DNA of 64,000 nt, from assembly GCA_965224025.1 (NCBI GenBank), contig OZ245033.1, forward strand, positions 3,776,001 through 3,840,000, in the 5' to 3' direction. The first letter of the stretch is position 1; each line of letters starts with the position of its first letter. The stretch comes from Candidatus Multivorans sp. Its GTDB lineage: Bacteria > Acidobacteriota > Thermoanaerobaculia > Multivoradales > Multivoraceae. The notes under the pieces are model-generated. The model was not told the DNA's origin and did not search any database. It saw nothing but the letters and a program-made list of their open reading frames with translations. Both the position numbers and the translations under genes were made by a program. This document shows positions 63,901 to 64,000 of the stretch, piece by piece.

Positions 63901-64000
63901 CTCGAGCGCCGCCGTCACGTTGTAATCGCCGGGGGGCAGGAGCGGCGCCGCGAAGTAACCGTCCTGGCCGCTCATCACCTGTCGGGACTGATTCGTCGCG
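60925..64000 (-). CDS. Oar-type TonB-dependent receptor, 5'-partial
   Basis: LPLNGRNF, NFAPRL, C-terminal RIVQLGVKYNF. Confidence 0.93.
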   Translation of the reverse strand, partial: ATNQSRQVMSGQDGYFAAPLLPPGDYNVTAALEGFVQLSREGVRVSAAETARISMAMAVGEFSETMTVTGEAPLIETSNATLGIVVDEVKIVQLPLNGRNFTQLGTLIPGVVEPPARLGGARGDADAAIHGFGAATAGFSVNGVRNQSNNFLLDGAANNDTFNTGFVVRPPPDAIEEFKILTHSYTAEFGKSAGSIVNVVTKSGGNSVRGSVWEFNRDDSFESRNYFSPPDQDKPTLAQDQFGGSLGGPMMTDRLFGFGYYEGFRNTRGTTQNIAVMSAAQRMGDFSGGSTIVDPMTGEPFPGNVIPADRLSPIAVRLINDFMPLPNVGGRYIASPDVTDDRDQFGLRLDYRITDAQNVLLRILRSSSDRFEPPTVRPIGNTSASTLDDYMLSHTSAIGSNAFNQARVLSSMIDAEPVVTSGITNSEYGLNIPNINDLAVGLPQFSISGFSSMGDRNQPFVKRENEVEQFTDDFTILAGRHTIKAGVDIRNEKMFIGFINRPNGDYAFNGRHTGSAAADFLLGMPSRFRTAVPGADSINEGDGWLYSYYVQDEIRVTPRMTLNLGLRYELATPFEDSGDGLNSFRPGEQSTRFPDAPTGLVYPGDAGVPKGTYDTDRNNFAPRLAMAWDPKGDGRSSIRAGWGLFFDSIPGQGDFFQNSVLAPPFNPLLQLDAPPTMVSLADPLANLVGGPTRFPPGIIFIGWGSHFTTPNYQHFNLTYQRQLGQNIGLEVGYVGSRGRNLPIFMEVNPRVVEPGQTTLGPRTFPAFSLVRPTFTVAKSWYDALQASVRMRPTRGLNFLFSYTYGTAEDHVSGLNIGGEERPIFPVDLERLSSIDRALERERGDALFDVRHRLVLSFGYDLPSLENSSGFVRGLFGNWQVNGILQYQTGYPFPIRVRGDDIRGLTSRPNQVCDPNQGAPRTVEQWFNTECFVRLSLAETATQRGNAGRNVIRGPDFERIDLSLIKNIPLGGGDRSLQLRIEAFNVFDRVNFAQPGNRIGDRGYGVITATNGDGRIVQLGVKYNF

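Overview
High-GC bacterial chromosomal window, most consistent with Acidobacteriota (inferred from the Oar-type TonB receptor, the Bat operon and FN3-rich secreted metalloproteases). Housekeeping genes include metG, glyA, rpmB, a cyanobacterial-type gshA, a four-gene homocitrate/alpha-aminoadipate-type lysine operon, the moxR-DUF58-batABCDE cluster, an ECF sigma operon and an NfeD-flotillin pair. Signals the ORF track misses: (1) a secreted peroxiredoxin-like selenoprotein with an in-frame UGA in a UxxC motif and a SECIS-like hairpin; (2) a candidate Lys-containing leader-peptide attenuator upstream of homocitrate synthase; (3) a tandem array of four copies of an unrecognised secreted six-cysteine domain starting with CxC; (4) an unrecognised C-terminal domain repeated twice in each of two reprolysin-like proteases; (5) a palindromic element inserted in frame in two unrelated proteins; (6) a coupled MNT-HEPN(pseudo)-ATPase-DUF4276 candidate defence operon; (7) many genes collapsed by internal deletions. 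No rRNA, tRNA or CRISPR array was recognised. All family assignments come from motif recognition by eye, not database searches.
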